NCBI GenBank assembly: GCA_965237525.1
Contig: CBDEFO010000008.1
Coordinates: 832,001-896,000, forward strand
Reading direction: 5' to 3'
Source of the DNA: Candidatus Latescibacterota bacterium
Lineage (GTDB): Bacteria; Latescibacterota; CBDEFO01
Length of the DNA: 64,000 nucleotides
In this document: positions 53,075 through 63,468 of the stretch, in pieces
How the letters are laid out: every line of letters starts with the position of its first letter
How positions within the stretch are numbered: position 1 is the stretch's first letter
Program-made: the position numbers and the translations under genes
The notes under the pieces: generated by a model
What the model saw: only the letters and a program-made list of their open reading frames with translations
Database searches by the model: none
What the model was told of the DNA's origin: nothing

Positions 53075-56000
53075 TTAGTCTCCTGCCCTTATCTCATCAA
53101 CCTCCGGGGGTTCGTTCTCGAACGGACGCTCCTGCTGTGCCTTCAGGTACTTCTCCACCGCCGGCCGGCCGAACCTGAAGAAGACCGTTGGCGTAACGAA
53201 CATGTCCAGCAGTGTGGAACTCACCAGTCCTCCGAAGACCACGAATGCCAGAGGATAGAGAATCTCCTTGCCCGGCTCGCCGGCGGCCAGCATCAACGGA
53301 AAGAGTCCCAACCCGGTGGTCAGCGCCGTCATCAGCACCGGCACCAGCCGCTCCAGGGATCCCCGGATGATCATCTGTTCGTTGAACTGCTCTCCCTCCT
53401 CCTGTACCAGATGGATGTAGTGGGAGAGCATCATGATCCCGTTACGGGAGGCGATGCCGCAGAGCGTTATGAACCCGACCAGGGTGGCCACGGAGAGCAC
53501 TCCGCCGGTGATGAAGACCGCGATCACGCTCCCGATCAGGGCAAAGGGGATGTTGAGCATGACCTGGATGACTATCCGGACCGACTTAAAGTGGGTGTAA
53601 AGGACCAGGAAGATCATCCCAACCGAGAAGATGCTCAAAATAGCAAGCAGTCTGCTGGCGGCCCGCTCACTTTCGAACTGGCCACCGTAGGTTACGAAGT
53701 AGCCAGTGGGCAGATCCACCTGTGTCCTGACCTTGTCCTGGATTGCCCGCACGACGCTGTTGAGGTCTCGCCCGGCGGTGTTACACTGGATCACGATCCT
53801 CCTGCGCGCGTTCTCGTGTGCAATGATGTTGGGCCCTGTGGTCTGGACCACATCAGCCACCAGACTGAGGGGAATCTTGGCGCCGGTGGGAGTATCGATC
53901 AGCGCGTTCCGGAGCGACTTGGGATCGTTCCGCGACCGTTCGTCGAACTGGACTATCACATCGAAGGTCCGCTGTCCGTCCAGAACCTGAGAGACTACGC
54001 GGCCGCTAAAGGCCGTCTCCAGGGCCTCCGCAACCTCGGCCACGCTAAGTCCGTACCGCATGGCTTGGTCCCGTCGGATATCGATCTTCACCTGGGGCAC
54101 CAGCACCTGCTTCTCCACCTGGAGATCCACCACCCCGGATACTGTAGCCATAACGTCCCGGATCTCTCCGGCCTTGGTTCGGAGGACCTCCAGGTCCTCC
54201 CCGAAGAGCTTCACAGCCAGTTGTGCCCGGACGCCTGAGAGGAGGTGATCGATCCGGTGGGAGATGGGCTGGCCGATGTTGAGGACTGTACCCGAAATCT
54301 GAGAGATCCTCGCCCGAATATCCCCCATGATCTCCGCCCGGCTTCGATCTGACTCCTTCAGATCAACTTCGATCTCGGTGTAGTGTACCCCCTCGGCGTG
54401 CTCGTCCAGCTCCGCCCGCCCGGTGCGCCGTCCGGCCGAGACCACCTCCGGCACGCCTAAGAGGAGTTGCTCGGCGATCCTCCCGAGCCGGTTCGACTCT
54501 TCCAGAGAGGTTCCGGGCACGGAGAGGACGTTGATCGTGGCAGTCCCCTCGTTGAAGGGGGGCAGAAACTCCCGACCCATTAACAGCACAAGGGATCCTG
54601 CCACCAGGACCAGCGCGCCGGTGATCCCCATCACGGTGTAGGGGCGCTTCAGGGTGATCCGGAGTTGCTTTGTGTCCCAGTGCTTCAGCCACCGGACGAA
54701 GAAGCTATCCTCCTCTTTCTCTATGAACTTCGCCTTCGGAAGCAGGTAAACACACAGCGCAGGCGTCACGGTCAGTGAGACCAGCAGTGAGGCCAGGATC
54801 GACACGACATAGGCGATCCCCAGGGGCGTGAACATCCGTCCTTCAATGCCGCCCAGGGCAAAGAGCGGCATGAAGACCAGAATCACAATAATGGTGGCGT
54901 AAACGATGGAGTTCCGGATCTCACTGGAGGCTTTAAAGACCACCCGCAGGGAGGATTCGGGATCAGGCCTTTGCCGGTTCTCCTTCAGACGCCGGAAGAC
55001 GTTCTCCACCCCTACAATCGCATCGTCCACTAACTCCCCCAGGGCCACGGCCAGCCCACCCAGTGTCATGGTGTTTACGGAGATGCCGGCGATCTTGAAG
55101 AAGATGGCTGTGGTGATGAATGAGAGCGGGATGGCCGTCAGGGTGATGAAGCTCGTCCGGAAATTGAGCAGAAAGAGAAAGAGCACCGCCACCACCAGCA
55201 CCCCCCCGTCCCGCAGGGCCTCCTTCACGTTGCGGATGGAAGCGTCGATGAAGTTGGCCTGTCGAAAGAGGTGGGTGTCGATCTTCACGTCGGAGGGCAG
55301 AGAACCTTTCAGCTCTTCCACCGCCCGGTCGATCTGCTCTGTCAAGGGCATCGTGTCGGAGCCGGGCTGCTTCTGCACCGTCAGGATCACTGCCGGAACG
55401 CCGTCAACTCCGGCGTCGCCCCGCTTGAAAGGGGGACCGCCGTAGCGCACATCGGCCAGGTGTTTCACCAGAATCGGCACTCCATCCCGAACCGTCACCA
55501 CAGCGTTGGCGATATCCTTGATCTGTGTGGTCCGGCCGATATTCCGGACCAGGTACTCCTGTCCGCCCCGGAAGAGAAATCCGCCTCCGGTGCTGACATT
55601 GGCAGCGGCGACGGCCGCTTCAAGCTCCTGGAGGCTCACGTTGAAATCGCGCAGTTTCTCCGGGAAGACCCGCACCTGTTACTGCTTCACGTCGCCGCCG
55701 ATGACCGTCACCTGGGCGATGCCCGGAATCGTGAGCAGACGCCGCCGCACCACCCAGTCGGCTAACGTCCGCACCTCCATCGGCGAGGTGGAGGTCCCAC
55801 TCATGCCGATCAGCATGATCTCCCCCATGATGGAGGAGATGGGTCCCATTACCGGGGTCACACCCTCCGGGAGCTGTCCGACGGCCATCTGCAGACGTTC
55901 GGAGACGAGCTGCCGATCCCGGTAGATGTCGGTGCCCCACTCGAACTCCACGAAGATGAGCGAGAGCCCGATGGAGGAGAAACTGCGGACGCGGCGGACA

Positions 56001-56233
56001 CCTGGCGCTCCGTTCATCACAGACTCGATCTGGAGTGTAACCAGGGCCTCCACCTCCTCAGGCGCCAGGCCTTCGGCCTCGGCGAAGATGGTCACTCTCG
56101 GGTGGTTCAGGTCCGGAAAGACGTCCACCGGCAGGTCGAGGATGACCATTATGCCGTAGACCAACAGCAGCGCCGCCCCCGCTACGACGAAGAGCCTGTT
56201 TCTGATTGAAAAGGCCAGAAGTTTATTGATCAT
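53075..56233 (-). pseudogene. czcA: CzcA-family RND permease with in-frame ochre stop
   Basis: The two ORFs share one frame (3159 bp in total). KQ*QV at 55679-55681 corresponds to KQYQV in the intact CusA. Confidence 0.88.
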
Positions 56234-56246
56234 AAAAGCTCACCTC

Positions 56247-57410
56247 CTATTTGAGTCCCTGAGACCAGAGCTGATGAGCGCCCACGGTCACCACCCGCTC
56301 CCCTTGTGCCACGCGGGTGCTCACCTCCATAAAATCTCCGTCCCTCTGCCCCAGGGTCACCTCCCGGGCAACAAATTCCTCGGGCTGCGTATGCACGTAG
56401 ATCAGACTCTTGCCGTTGCCCTCAAGGATCGCAGCGAGGGGGACAGCGATAGCCGTTATGGGTTCACCGGTGTCGATAGCCACCTGGGCGAACATACCTG
56501 CCTTGAGCCGGCCGTCGGGATTGGGCACTTCAAAGATGGCCTTTGCAGCCCGGGAGTCCTCATCCAGGGCCCCGCTCAAACCGACCAGTCGGCCAGTGAA
56601 CTGCTCACCTGGATAGGCTCTGGTCGTCACGATCGCGCGCTGTGCCTCCTCGACTCTGGGCAAATCGGTCTCGTAAACCGCGGCAGAGACCCAGAGGGGG
56701 TCCAGGCTGATGATCCGAAGGAGCCAACGGTCTGCGTCCACTCGCTCGCCTACGACCACGTTGGCTTCTGTGACAGTCCCCGCGATAGGTGCGCGTACGT
56801 AGAGGTGGTGGACTGTTCGATCACCTTTGTGGACAACTTCGTACAGGCGCAACTCGTTGGATAGACGGGTGAATTCGGCCTTTGCTACTTCTACCCGTGC
56901 CTGGGCTTGCTGTAGCTCTTTGAGACTCGCGATCTGGCGGAGTTCCTGATGTCGGGCGTACTCCTGTTCATCCTGCTTCAGCGCACTCTTCGCGGCGTTG
57001 TAGGCTGCCTCCAGAGCGAATTGGTCTGCTGGGAGCTGTTCGAGAACTGCCAGGACGTCACCGGGAACAACCCGATCTCCAATCCGGGCAATGGGATGAT
57101 CTGGATCAGTAACAACCCGTCCGGAGGCCACAGGTGCTACATCGGCCTGACCTCCAGCACGTGGGATAAACCTGCCGATGGTCTCGATTTTGGTGGTCAG
57201 GACACGTTGTCGCGCCGGCTCAGTCCGGATGCCCATCAAGAACTGTGTCTCCTTGGAGACGAAAAGGGGAGCACCGGGAGCACCGTCGCCCCCGGCCGCC
57301 GACGGAGCCTCTTTATGATCATGGCCTCCGTTGGCGTGGATCCTCTCCGGTAATAGCGTCGCTGTTAGTATCCCGGCTATCACAACACAGGAATTTATCA
57401 GCAGTTTCAT
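56247..57410 (-). CDS. RND periplasmic adaptor (CzcB-like)
   Basis: Signal peptide, GGHDH, RAPIAG and LKAGMF motifs; AAGGAGG RBS before ATG 57410. Confidence 0.85.
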   Translation of the reverse strand: MKLLINSCVVIAGILTATLLPERIHANGGHDHKEAPSAAGGDGAPGAPLFVSKETQFLMGIRTEPARQRVLTTKIETIGRFIPRAGGQADVAPVASGRVVTDPDHPIARIGDRVVPGDVLAVLEQLPADQFALEAAYNAAKSALKQDEQEYARHQELRQIASLKELQQAQARVEVAKAEFTRLSNELRLYEVVHKGDRTVHHLYVRAPIAGTVTEANVVVGERVDADRWLLRIISLDPLWVSAAVYETDLPRVEEAQRAIVTTRAYPGEQFTGRLVGLSGALDEDSRAAKAIFEVPNPDGRLKAGMFAQVAIDTGEPITAIAVPLAAILEGNGKSLIYVHTQPEEFVAREVTLGQRDGDFMEVSTRVAQGERVVTVGAHQLWSQGLK

Positions 57411-57412
57411 GA

Positions 57413-57976
57413 TTAATTCCTCCTTTTCTCTTTTCTCTTCGCACGGCGCCAGATAACGCCGACCAAGGTTATGGCCACCAGCGTTATCCCCAGCCAGATA
57501 CCCCACATTCCCCAGCTCTGATGGCCTTCTTTATCACCCTCTTTCCCAACACGCAGGCCGCTCAGGGGGATCAGATCGATCCGTTCACCGGCAGTCACCG
57601 TGACAATCAGATCGTAGACGCCAGCCCGAGGGAGCATTAGCGTTTCCCCGTAGATCCCAGGTGTCTCGGTCGGACTCATCGTCAGGTTGACCTGTGCGTC
57701 GGGGATCTGAATCTCGACCTGTGCCCCGGCTACTGGCGCGTTTGTGGGCGCATCGGAGAGGAAGAGCGTCAGCTGGATCTCATCGCTGGGGTCTGCGAGG
57801 GGATACTTGATCACCACCTCAAACTGCTCCGTGGTCGCCCCCAGGACCTGCAGGTCGGAACCGTGAGCAGGTACAGTAGCGGTCTCCGACGCAGTGTGGT
57901 CTTCCCCTTCGTTAGCTTGTAAAGAAACCGGTACTATCAGAAGTAACAGAAGTGCAGTTATGCTACATATTCGCAT
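57413..57976 (-). CDS. Exported Ig-like (YtkA/FixH-like) protein with C-terminal membrane anchor
   Basis: Signal peptide, EGEDH, PGIYG...AGVYDL and a C-terminal TM helix; GAGGAGG RBS. Confidence 0.65.
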   Translation of the reverse strand: MRICSITALLLLLIVPVSLQANEGEDHTASETATVPAHGSDLQVLGATTEQFEVVIKYPLADPSDEIQLTLFLSDAPTNAPVAGAQVEIQIPDAQVNLTMSPTETPGIYGETLMLPRAGVYDLIVTVTAGERIDLIPLSGLRVGKEGDKEGHQSWGMWGIWLGITLVAITLVGVIWRRAKRKEKRRN

Positions 57977-58004
57977 CGGTTTACCTCCTCTATCTTTTTT
58001 CGAT

Positions 58005-59324
58005 CTATCGTGTCGCAGCCTTAAGGGGGCCACCAACGGCCTGTTCAAGCCTGGCCAGAGCCTCGCAGTAGGCAAAGAGGACATCGAAGTAGGCAAGGCG
58101 CATCCGGGAGATCCGATCGGTCTGGACGAGCAGGACGGTTAGGTCGAGTTCACCGGCCTCATAAGCTTTCACTAGCAGATCGGCGTTCTGCTCAACGCGT
58201 GGAAGCAGCAGTCGATAGGACTCCTGCGCCTGTTTTGCCCCTATGAATCGCCGGTAGGCGCTGGTGACCTCCATTCTGATGCGCTGCTCCAGGGCCTCAC
58301 GCGTGGCCCTGGCCACGTTCTTTTCGGCCTTTGCCTGCTGCACGCCTGCTTGGTTTCGGTTCAGGAGAGGCAGCGGAAGCGCCACCTGGACGCGAAAGAG
58401 ACGATCTCTATCGCGTATGCCCCCAATGCCTCCGATGATCGCGGGATCGCCGGTGAAATCATCTGGCGTGAAAACCGTGCTCTCCTGGTCATAGGTGAGG
58501 GATATCTTCGGGTTAGGAATCGCAGATGCAAGCGCAAGATCGATCCCTTTCTGGGCGGCCTGTTCCTCCAGGCTCGTCGCCACAAGATCCTGGCGTTTCT
58601 CTAAACTGAGTCGCACAAGTTGGTCAAGGCCGAGGTTAAGAGACATGAAAGTAGTGTCAGCCCTCACAGCAGTGGTCTGTTCTTCAGGAAGGCCGAGGAG
58701 GAGATTCAAGTCAGCCAGGGCAGCCAGGGATTCGGCTTCCAGACGGGAGCGTTCAGCAGCGGCCAGGCCGAGTTCAGCAGCGATCAGATTGACCTCCAGC
58801 TCAGAGATGTCGCCGGCCCGGTAGCGCCGCTCCGCAGCGACAGACAGGCGTTCGTTGAGGGTCAGGATAGTATCGCCCACTTTTAGTTTCTCAGTGCTAA
58901 GGGCTAGGCGGTGATACGCAATTTTTACCTCGCCCGTCAGGAGCTGCTCGAACCGCGCGATCTCGGCATGCACCCGATCCAGAGCCATATTGGCGATCCG
59001 CTTCCGCTTCCCGCGCTGGCCCGCGATCTCGATCTCCTGGGAAAGGGAGAGGCTGTATCCCCCGTTGCCCCGGTTGCCGAACAGGCGGTCGGAGGCACTC
59101 TCGAATTCAAATTCAGGATTGTAGGGGAGGAGGAGTCCTGCCAGTGTCTGCTGGCTGCTGGCAACATTCAGGCGCAATCGTTCGGCCCGCAGGTCCGGGT
59201 TTCTGGCCCGGGCTTCGCTGAGAGCCTGCTGAAGGGTTAAAACTTCCTGGGTAATTGAGGCCCTCGGAGCCCCCAGCAACAGGGCAACGAGACAGACCAA
59301 CAGAAGAACTGGACGACAGAGCAT
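58005..59324 (-). CDS. TolC-family outer membrane protein (CzcC-like)
   Basis: LSQEIEIAGQRGKR, LPLPLLNRNQ and YEAGE motifs. Confidence 0.9.
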   Translation of the reverse strand: MLCRPVLLLVCLVALLLGAPRASITQEVLTLQQALSEARARNPDLRAERLRLNVASSQQTLAGLLLPYNPEFEFESASDRLFGNRGNGGYSLSLSQEIEIAGQRGKRKRIANMALDRVHAEIARFEQLLTGEVKIAYHRLALSTEKLKVGDTILTLNERLSVAAERRYRAGDISELEVNLIAAELGLAAAERSRLEAESLAALADLNLLLGLPEEQTTAVRADTTFMSLNLGLDQLVRLSLEKRQDLVATSLEEQAAQKGIDLALASAIPNPKISLTYDQESTVFTPDDFTGDPAIIGGIGGIRDRDRLFRVQVALPLPLLNRNQAGVQQAKAEKNVARATREALEQRIRMEVTSAYRRFIGAKQAQESYRLLLPRVEQNADLLVKAYEAGELDLTVLLVQTDRISRMRLAYFDVLFAYCEALARLEQAVGGPLKAATR

Positions 59325-59496
59325 CTATTAAACTCCTTTCGGAAAAACCTATTGTGATGTCTATAAGCTGAAAAAGAGATCCAACTCACCTCTTTTAATG
59401 AAGAAGCAAGGAGATATGGAGATATTCTACAGGAACAAAACCACGAAAAGAAGAGAGGGAAGTATGAGAAAAGGATATTGAGTGCGGAGAATTAAA

Positions 59497-59907
59497 TCAG
59501 ATAGGTCGAAAAGAGGGCATAGAGGGGCCCTTGAAGGCCACCGGAGGGGATTTTGAGGTGAGCAAGGATTGATTTTCGGACGTATGTAGAAGATCCGGCA
59601 GGAACAGCGTCGGGAAACCGCCTGAAGTGGCAACCTCCCCTGACAGAACCGGTTTGACCAGCAGGGAGGACACTGTCAAGATGAACTCACCGGCCCCCCC
59701 GGCGAAAATCTGGAGACAGCACGCATCGGCATCCACTGGAGCAGCATCGTGGTGGTCTTCATCACCACTTGCTTCCCCTGGGTGCACGTGTGAATGGTTT
59801 TTAAGTAGCGCTACAAATTCCGTACAGAACGCCGCCGTTATCTCCGGGAAGATCCAGAGGACAAGCACACAGAGGAGAGAATAGATGCCAAGTGTTTTCT
59901 TTTTCAC
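59497..59907 (-). CDS. Small His/Cys-containing exported protein heading the Czc-type operon
   Basis: HSHVH, DHHD and CC motifs; same position as the 49484..49888 ORF in the other operon. Confidence 0.6.
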   Translation of the reverse strand: MKKKTLGIYSLLCVLVLWIFPEITAAFCTEFVALLKNHSHVHPGEASGDEDHHDAAPVDADACCLQIFAGGAGEFILTVSSLLVKPVLSGEVATSGGFPTLFLPDLLHTSENQSLLTSKSPPVAFKGPSMPSFRPI

Positions 59908-60105
59908 AAAATTCGTCCTTCATATGTTAATATACTGGGCCTGGTCTATTGTTAAGATACTGGTCGCCCTGCCCTCGTTCAGGTTCTCCCGTTTTTGGGG
60001 CGTTTACCCAAACCCTTGGAAGGAACGGTTGAGAGCATGGTGTTAGGACATAACCTAATGACTCTTCCTGTCTTTGCAGTGTGCTGAGCAGAATACATAG
60101 GGTAT

Positions 60106-60222
60106 AAGATACAAAAAGGGTTGCTGAATGTCAACAGAAATTATCCAGAAGGTCGGTAGACTGTCAATGGTGATCCTCAAACACAGATTCTTGTTGACTT
60201 CCGTCAAGGGATCGTGTATCTT
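60106..60222. promoter_or_regulatory. Divergent sigma70-type promoters
   Basis: Minus strand: TTGACA-17-TATCTT (60134..60106). Plus strand: TTGACT-17-TATCTT (60194..60222). Confidence 0.55.
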
Positions 60223-60374
60223 GGGTGGAGAAGAAGGCTTGAAACTGATAGATCGCCGTTAAGAGCATAAGTAATCACAGGTCCGTGACCAGCAAAATGC
60301 TGAAGGAAGTAACATAGCTGTTGGGGAAGAATGTTTTCAACTGAAGACTTAGGAGTACATTCAACTTTCCATGA

Positions 60375-61547
60375 GTGGTAGGAGATTCGGCAATGTCAGA
60401 CTATTACGACCACCTTAGAGAACACAGCATTGTGAAACATACGATCCTGGTGAAGTATCTCAATGCTTATCTTCATATTCTTAAGAAATTCCACAGGAAC
60501 CTCAACTATTTCGACTGTTTCGCTGGCATTGGTGAAATGCCTGATGGGACGCCTGTGTCGCCCATGCGCGTCTTGAAGCTTATTGCAGAGAATCCCCAAT
60601 TTTCGAAGGGAGTTAATACCTTTTTCTGTGAACCGGTCGCTAAGCGCTTTGACCAACTCGAGAAATGTGTGATGGATTTTTACGATAAGAATTATCATAT
60701 CCGAAAACCACGGTGTTATCGTACAACCTTTGTCAACTGGGTGGAAGAGATCAACAACTGCATAGGAAAAACAGGAAAGCAATTTGCCCCTTCATTCTTT
60801 TTCGTGGATCCGACTGATATCACAGGGATTCCGATGAAGGCTATAAAATGTATTTTGACTATCCCAAAGACGGAGGTATTCGTCTTCTTGAACTATGCCG
60901 GTGTCTCACGAACACTTGGACTTGAAGCGGTACCGCAAGCCGCTGTTGAGCTATTTGGTGATGAGAATTGTGTAATAGAACTTCAAGACCAACTTAAGGA
61001 GAATGCAGATAATCCTAAGCTGAAGGAGATGCTTATAAGGGATGCCTATTTTTCAGCACTACGCGATTTGGGCGGTGCAAAATACATCGTTCCTTTCCGA
61101 GTAGAAATGCAAGAAAAGATGAGTACAAGCCATTACCTGGTCCACGGAAGCAATCATCCTCTTGGATTCAAAATCATGAAGGAAATTATGTGGTTGGAAG
61201 GAAAGACCAGTGACCAACATGGTGTCCGCCTTGAACTTCTCCAGGAGTCCAAAGGCCAAACTACACTATTTGATATTGACTTTCTAAATTTCAAACGGGA
61301 CCTGTTAAAAAGGTATGCCGGCCAAGTTAGAGCAGTTAAGGACGTTTGGGACGAAACGGACCCCAACGATCTCTTCTTGGAAAGAACTTACAAACAGGCG
61401 TTAGTTGAATTGGAGAAAGAAGGAAAGATACAGGTATTCGAAGATCGTGACTGCAAAATACCTGCTCCGGCTGATAAAAGGCGTCCTTATAAGGGCAATC
61501 CGACTTTGGGAAACACTAAGTGGTTACATTTCCTGCTGGACAAATGA
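60375..61547 (+). CDS. tcmP: Three-Cys-motif partner protein TcmP (methyltransferase-like fold)
   Basis: HSIVKHTILVKYL, YFDCFAGIG, FFFVDP, TEVFVFLN and HPLGFKIMKEIMW motifs; likely start ATG 60393. Confidence 0.82.
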   Translation: MVGDSAMSDYYDHLREHSIVKHTILVKYLNAYLHILKKFHRNLNYFDCFAGIGEMPDGTPVSPMRVLKLIAENPQFSKGVNTFFCEPVAKRFDQLEKCVMDFYDKNYHIRKPRCYRTTFVNWVEEINNCIGKTGKQFAPSFFFVDPTDITGIPMKAIKCILTIPKTEVFVFLNYAGVSRTLGLEAVPQAAVELFGDENCVIELQDQLKENADNPKLKEMLIRDAYFSALRDLGGAKYIVPFRVEMQEKMSTSHYLVHGSNHPLGFKIMKEIMWLEGKTSDQHGVRLELLQESKGQTTLFDIDFLNFKRDLLKRYAGQVRAVKDVWDETDPNDLFLERTYKQALVELEKEGKIQVFEDRDCKIPAPADKRRPYKGNPTLGNTKWLHFLLDK

Positions 61548-61601
61548 ACAAATGTTTAGTAACTTTATATAAGTTTTGAGATATATTTTGTGTAGTACAT
61601 A

Positions 61602-62664
61602 ATGATTACATGCGAGGGCATAGTCATGAAGATCCTTAAACGACATTCCCCATTCATAAAGCAATTCGTCGGCCCAGGTGAGAACAGCATCATCTGCTTC
61701 AAATTCTGGCAGGCAGTCGTGGCTTCCGGATGCCTTGGAGAGTGTGCATACTGCTTCCTACAGACACAAATTCCTTATAGACGGGGGGAATATGACCTTA
61801 AGGGGACCTTGTTCAGCAATCTTGAAGAGATGTCTACTGAGGCTGAACGCTGGTTGAACAGGGATCGTCCTGCAGGACTCATTATAGGCGAGAATCAAGA
61901 TGGACTTGCTTTTGAGATTCCCTACAAACGTCTCTTGGGAATTACTCCACTGGAGATATTGATACCGCTTTTCGATGACCATATTAAGAACGAGGTCGGG
62001 AATGTGCTTATAGTTCTCTCCAAGTTCATATCAACTGAATATGCTGAAAGGTTTGGGCCTTCTCCCAACGTTATCTTTTCGTGGTCGCTGTCACTGCCTT
62101 CAATTAGCCGAATTTACGAGAAGAAAGTCTCCCCGCTTCAGATACGTCTGGACAAGGCAAGGCAGATGAAGAAGAATGGGTATCGTATCAGATTCAGACT
62201 TGATGCGCTTGCCCCTATACCGAACTGGGAGACTGAGCTAGAAGAGATTCTCTCACAGATTAACTTGGTAGAGCCCGAGATGCTCACCATAGGTGCCTTG
62301 AGAGCTACAAACCTTAAAAAAATTGCGTCATGCAGCAGAGACAAATGGGCGAAACGAATCAATATTCGACTATATTCGAGAAAAGGACCCCTCTGGTTTC
62401 AAATACCGCACAGACGAAGATTTCCATATCAGCACATTCAGAAAAATCAAGCAAGCCATTTCTCCTGACATTCGTCTCGGACTGTGCAAAGAGGATCGAA
62501 GTATCTGGAAGTCTATTGGAGCCCCTTGGCAGGGATGCCATTGCCTTCACTCGACGCACGATGATGTCGCTGTTGAACGGATGAAGATAAAAAAGCAGCA
62601 GCCAGATCTCCTTCAGATTCCTCAATTGCACAGTAACTCTGTTCTGCAAAAGGCATCTGCCTAA
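61602..62664 (+). CDS. Radical SAM protein of spore-photoproduct-lyase-like type; one extra A in an A7 run at 62316-62322 shifts the frame
   Basis: GCLGECAYCFLQ (CxxxCxxC), GENQD, SWSL and RLD motifs. Deleting one A joins 62323..62664 (KYR...GLCKE...CHC). Confidence 0.8.
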
Positions 62665-62729
62665 GCCTATAGTGTAGCAATCAAAAGATCTCGAAAGGGC
62701 TACCTTTAAGGGAGAGTGGCTGGAATAAG

Positions 62730-63107
62730 TCATAGCCTTTTAATTATCTTTGTGTAGGCTTTGAGGGCTAACAATCTCCTATCCAGATCGTCGTCTTTAA
62801 TTTGAGCCATTAACAGGTCTGGATTTTTTATAAGGGCATCTACTCTCTTATCATGCTCCTTACAGCTTCTATAAGTAAGGTTGTAACAATGCCTGCATCC
62901 GAACTATTTGCCTCCCGGCGGGAGATGGAGCTTGGAAACCCTCCTTCCGCAAGGTCTGCCATTGACCACAATGGGACAGATAAACCAGTATCTCACGCCT
63001 CCGAAGTTACAGGGAGTAGTGACCAGTTGGGCTTTGTAATCCAGTTTTTCTTTATCACCTGTGAAGTTATTCGTCTGGGCATACCGCTCCCCTTGACAGA
63101 GCGACAA
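62730..63107 (-). pseudogene. Mobile-element-type Zn-finger protein remnant with in-frame amber stop
   Basis: TPCNFGGVRYWFICP...CGRRVSKL...GGK*FGCRHCYNLTYRSC reads in frame through the stop. Confidence 0.65.
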
Positions 63108-63134
63108 ATATTTCGCAAATTGGGTTTTGAGGCT

Positions 63135-63384
63135 TGTCCCCGAGTGATGCTACCGGGGAAAGGAGGTCAAAGTGTCAAGCCCGAAAGTGAAAGATGGTAA
63201 GTGCTGGACGGTGATTGGTAAGGCAGATGTTGTGCTGGCTCTTTTGAAAGGAGCGGAAGTATGTCGGGAAAATGGTATTAGCCAGTAGCAGGCGTATGCT
63301 TGGCGTGATAGTTTCTTAGAGGGAGGCTAGGAGAGTTTGAAGTCTGATCGTGTCGCTGCGTTCGCGAGGATCATCTCGGGGACA
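63135..63384 (+). mobile_element. Internally deleted IS3-like miniature element
   Basis: TGTCCCCGAGTGAT...ATCATCTCGGGGACA ends; decayed OrfA-like reading VLALLKGAEVCRENGISQ*QAYAWRDSFLEGG. Confidence 0.6.
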
Positions 63385-63468
63385 CGGCATGCTTGGCCAT
63401 GGCCCACTTTCCGCGGTAAACTCCAAGATCGAGTTTCTGATCTAATATCGGACTTCTCCCTATAAAAG

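Noticed and set aside
53060..54238. 392-aa plus-strand ORF
   Set aside because: Antisense shadow of the GC-rich czcA gene. The same applies to most short overlapping ORFs in the track.
59910..60100. Metal-sensing riboswitch in the long leader of the Czc-type operon
   Set aside because: I could not match the NiCo consensus by eye; an Rfam scan is needed.
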